A DNA stretch of 64,000 bases from Anaerolineaceae bacterium UBA6133. Its GTDB lineage: Bacteria > Chloroflexota > Anaerolineae > Anaerolineales > Anaerolineaceae. Below are positions 63,533 to 64,000 of the stretch, piece after piece. The stretch's first letter is position 1. Each line of letters starts with the position of its first letter. The notes beneath the pieces were generated by a model. That model saw only the letters and a program-made list of their open reading frames with translations, searched no databases and was not told the DNA's origin. The stretch covers positions 4,985 to 68,984 of the forward strand of contig DIVL01000028.1 in the NCBI GenBank assembly GCA_002435825.1, in the 5' to 3' direction. The translations under genes and the position numbers were made by a program.

Positions 63533-64000
63533 TTTGCCACCTCCTGGCGCAGGACTGCCGGGCGCACCGCACGCCAGGCTTCATCGAGGGTTGCCTGCTC
63601 ATAGGCATAGCCGGCCCGCAGGATCATATCTTCGCGGAAGTCCGGACCGATGAACTGGATCCCGATCGGCAGGTGGTCGGCATCCAATCCGCCAGGCACG
63701 CTCACAGCCGGCAGACCGGCATGGTTGGCGGAAACGGTCATCTGATCCGAGTACTGCATGCGCACAGTATTGCCGAAGACGTCGTTGCGTTTGAAAGCGG
63801 TGGTGGCGGTGGTGGGGGTGAGGATCACGTCCAGGTGGTGCTCGCCGTGGGGGTCGAAAGCGCGCTCAAAATCGCGCCGGATCATGGCGCGCACTTTGAG
63901 AGCCCGTTGGTAGTAGTTCGCGGCAAAGCCTTCCGAGGAAAGGTACATGCCCATCAGAATGCGCAGCTTGGCTTCAGAGCCAAAACCCTCCGCGCGCGTA
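63529..64000 (-). CDS. gatA: Glu-tRNA(Gln) amidotransferase subunit A, C-terminal part (gene continues beyond the window edge)
   Basis: Amidase C-terminal blocks NHAGLPAVSVPGG and PIGIQFIGP. 4-nt overlap with gatB. The reading frame stays open to the window end. Confidence 0.85.
   Translation of the reverse strand, partial: TRAEGFGSEAKLRILMGMYLSSEGFAANYYQRALKVRAMIRRDFERAFDPHGEHHLDVILTPTTATTAFKRNDVFGNTVRMQYSDQMTVSANHAGLPAVSVPGGLDADHLPIGIQFIGPDFREDMILRAGYAYEQATLDEAWRAVRPAVLRQEVAK

Overview
This is a 64-kb, GC-rich chromosomal segment. The protein set, the many lipoproteins with Pro/Thr-rich linkers, and the dense modular palindromic repeats suggest a Chloroflexota (Anaerolineae-like) genome; that is inference and cannot be verified here. 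Most of the window is ordinary housekeeping: metK behind a clear SAM-I riboswitch, frr-uppS-cdsA, pgm, priA, an Fe/corrinoid-type ABC importer, an ABC-F ATPase, mpg, bactofilin, dtd, an RNase D-like/beta-CASP nuclease pair, GH13 and GH3 glycosidases, gatA/gatB, tRNA-Ser(CGA) and tRNA-Gly(UCC). Four things stand out. (1) A visibly AT-rich four-gene operon on the minus strand (54309-56927) encodes a two-domain protein with a restriction-endonuclease-like C-terminal domain, a mini PD-(D/E)xK-like protein, an Endo III/MutY-type [4Fe-4S] HhH-GPD glycosylase that lacks the lyase lysine, and a DUF6884-like protein. It sits next to an IS110-family element in a low-GC mosaic near tRNA-Gly. I consider it the best candidate for an uncharacterised DNA-targeting, possibly defence, system. 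(2) A translationally coupled nurA / small HAS-barrel-like ORF / herA / rad50(sbcC) operon (8765-14836) has no Mre11/SbcD gene at the position expected from the archaeal operon. (3) The IS110-family element (about 57.2-58.4 kb) has roughly 215 bp of structured non-coding DNA upstream of the transposase, a candidate bridge RNA, and abuts a REP-like repeat cluster. (4) A large beta-helix/InlB-B-repeat surface protein gene is split by a frameshift at a G5 homopolymer. The window also carries several families of modular repeats, including a 167-187-bp tandem array directly after tRNA-Ser and a 189-bp near-perfect duplication. All functional calls rest on motifs read by eye; no database search or computation was possible.
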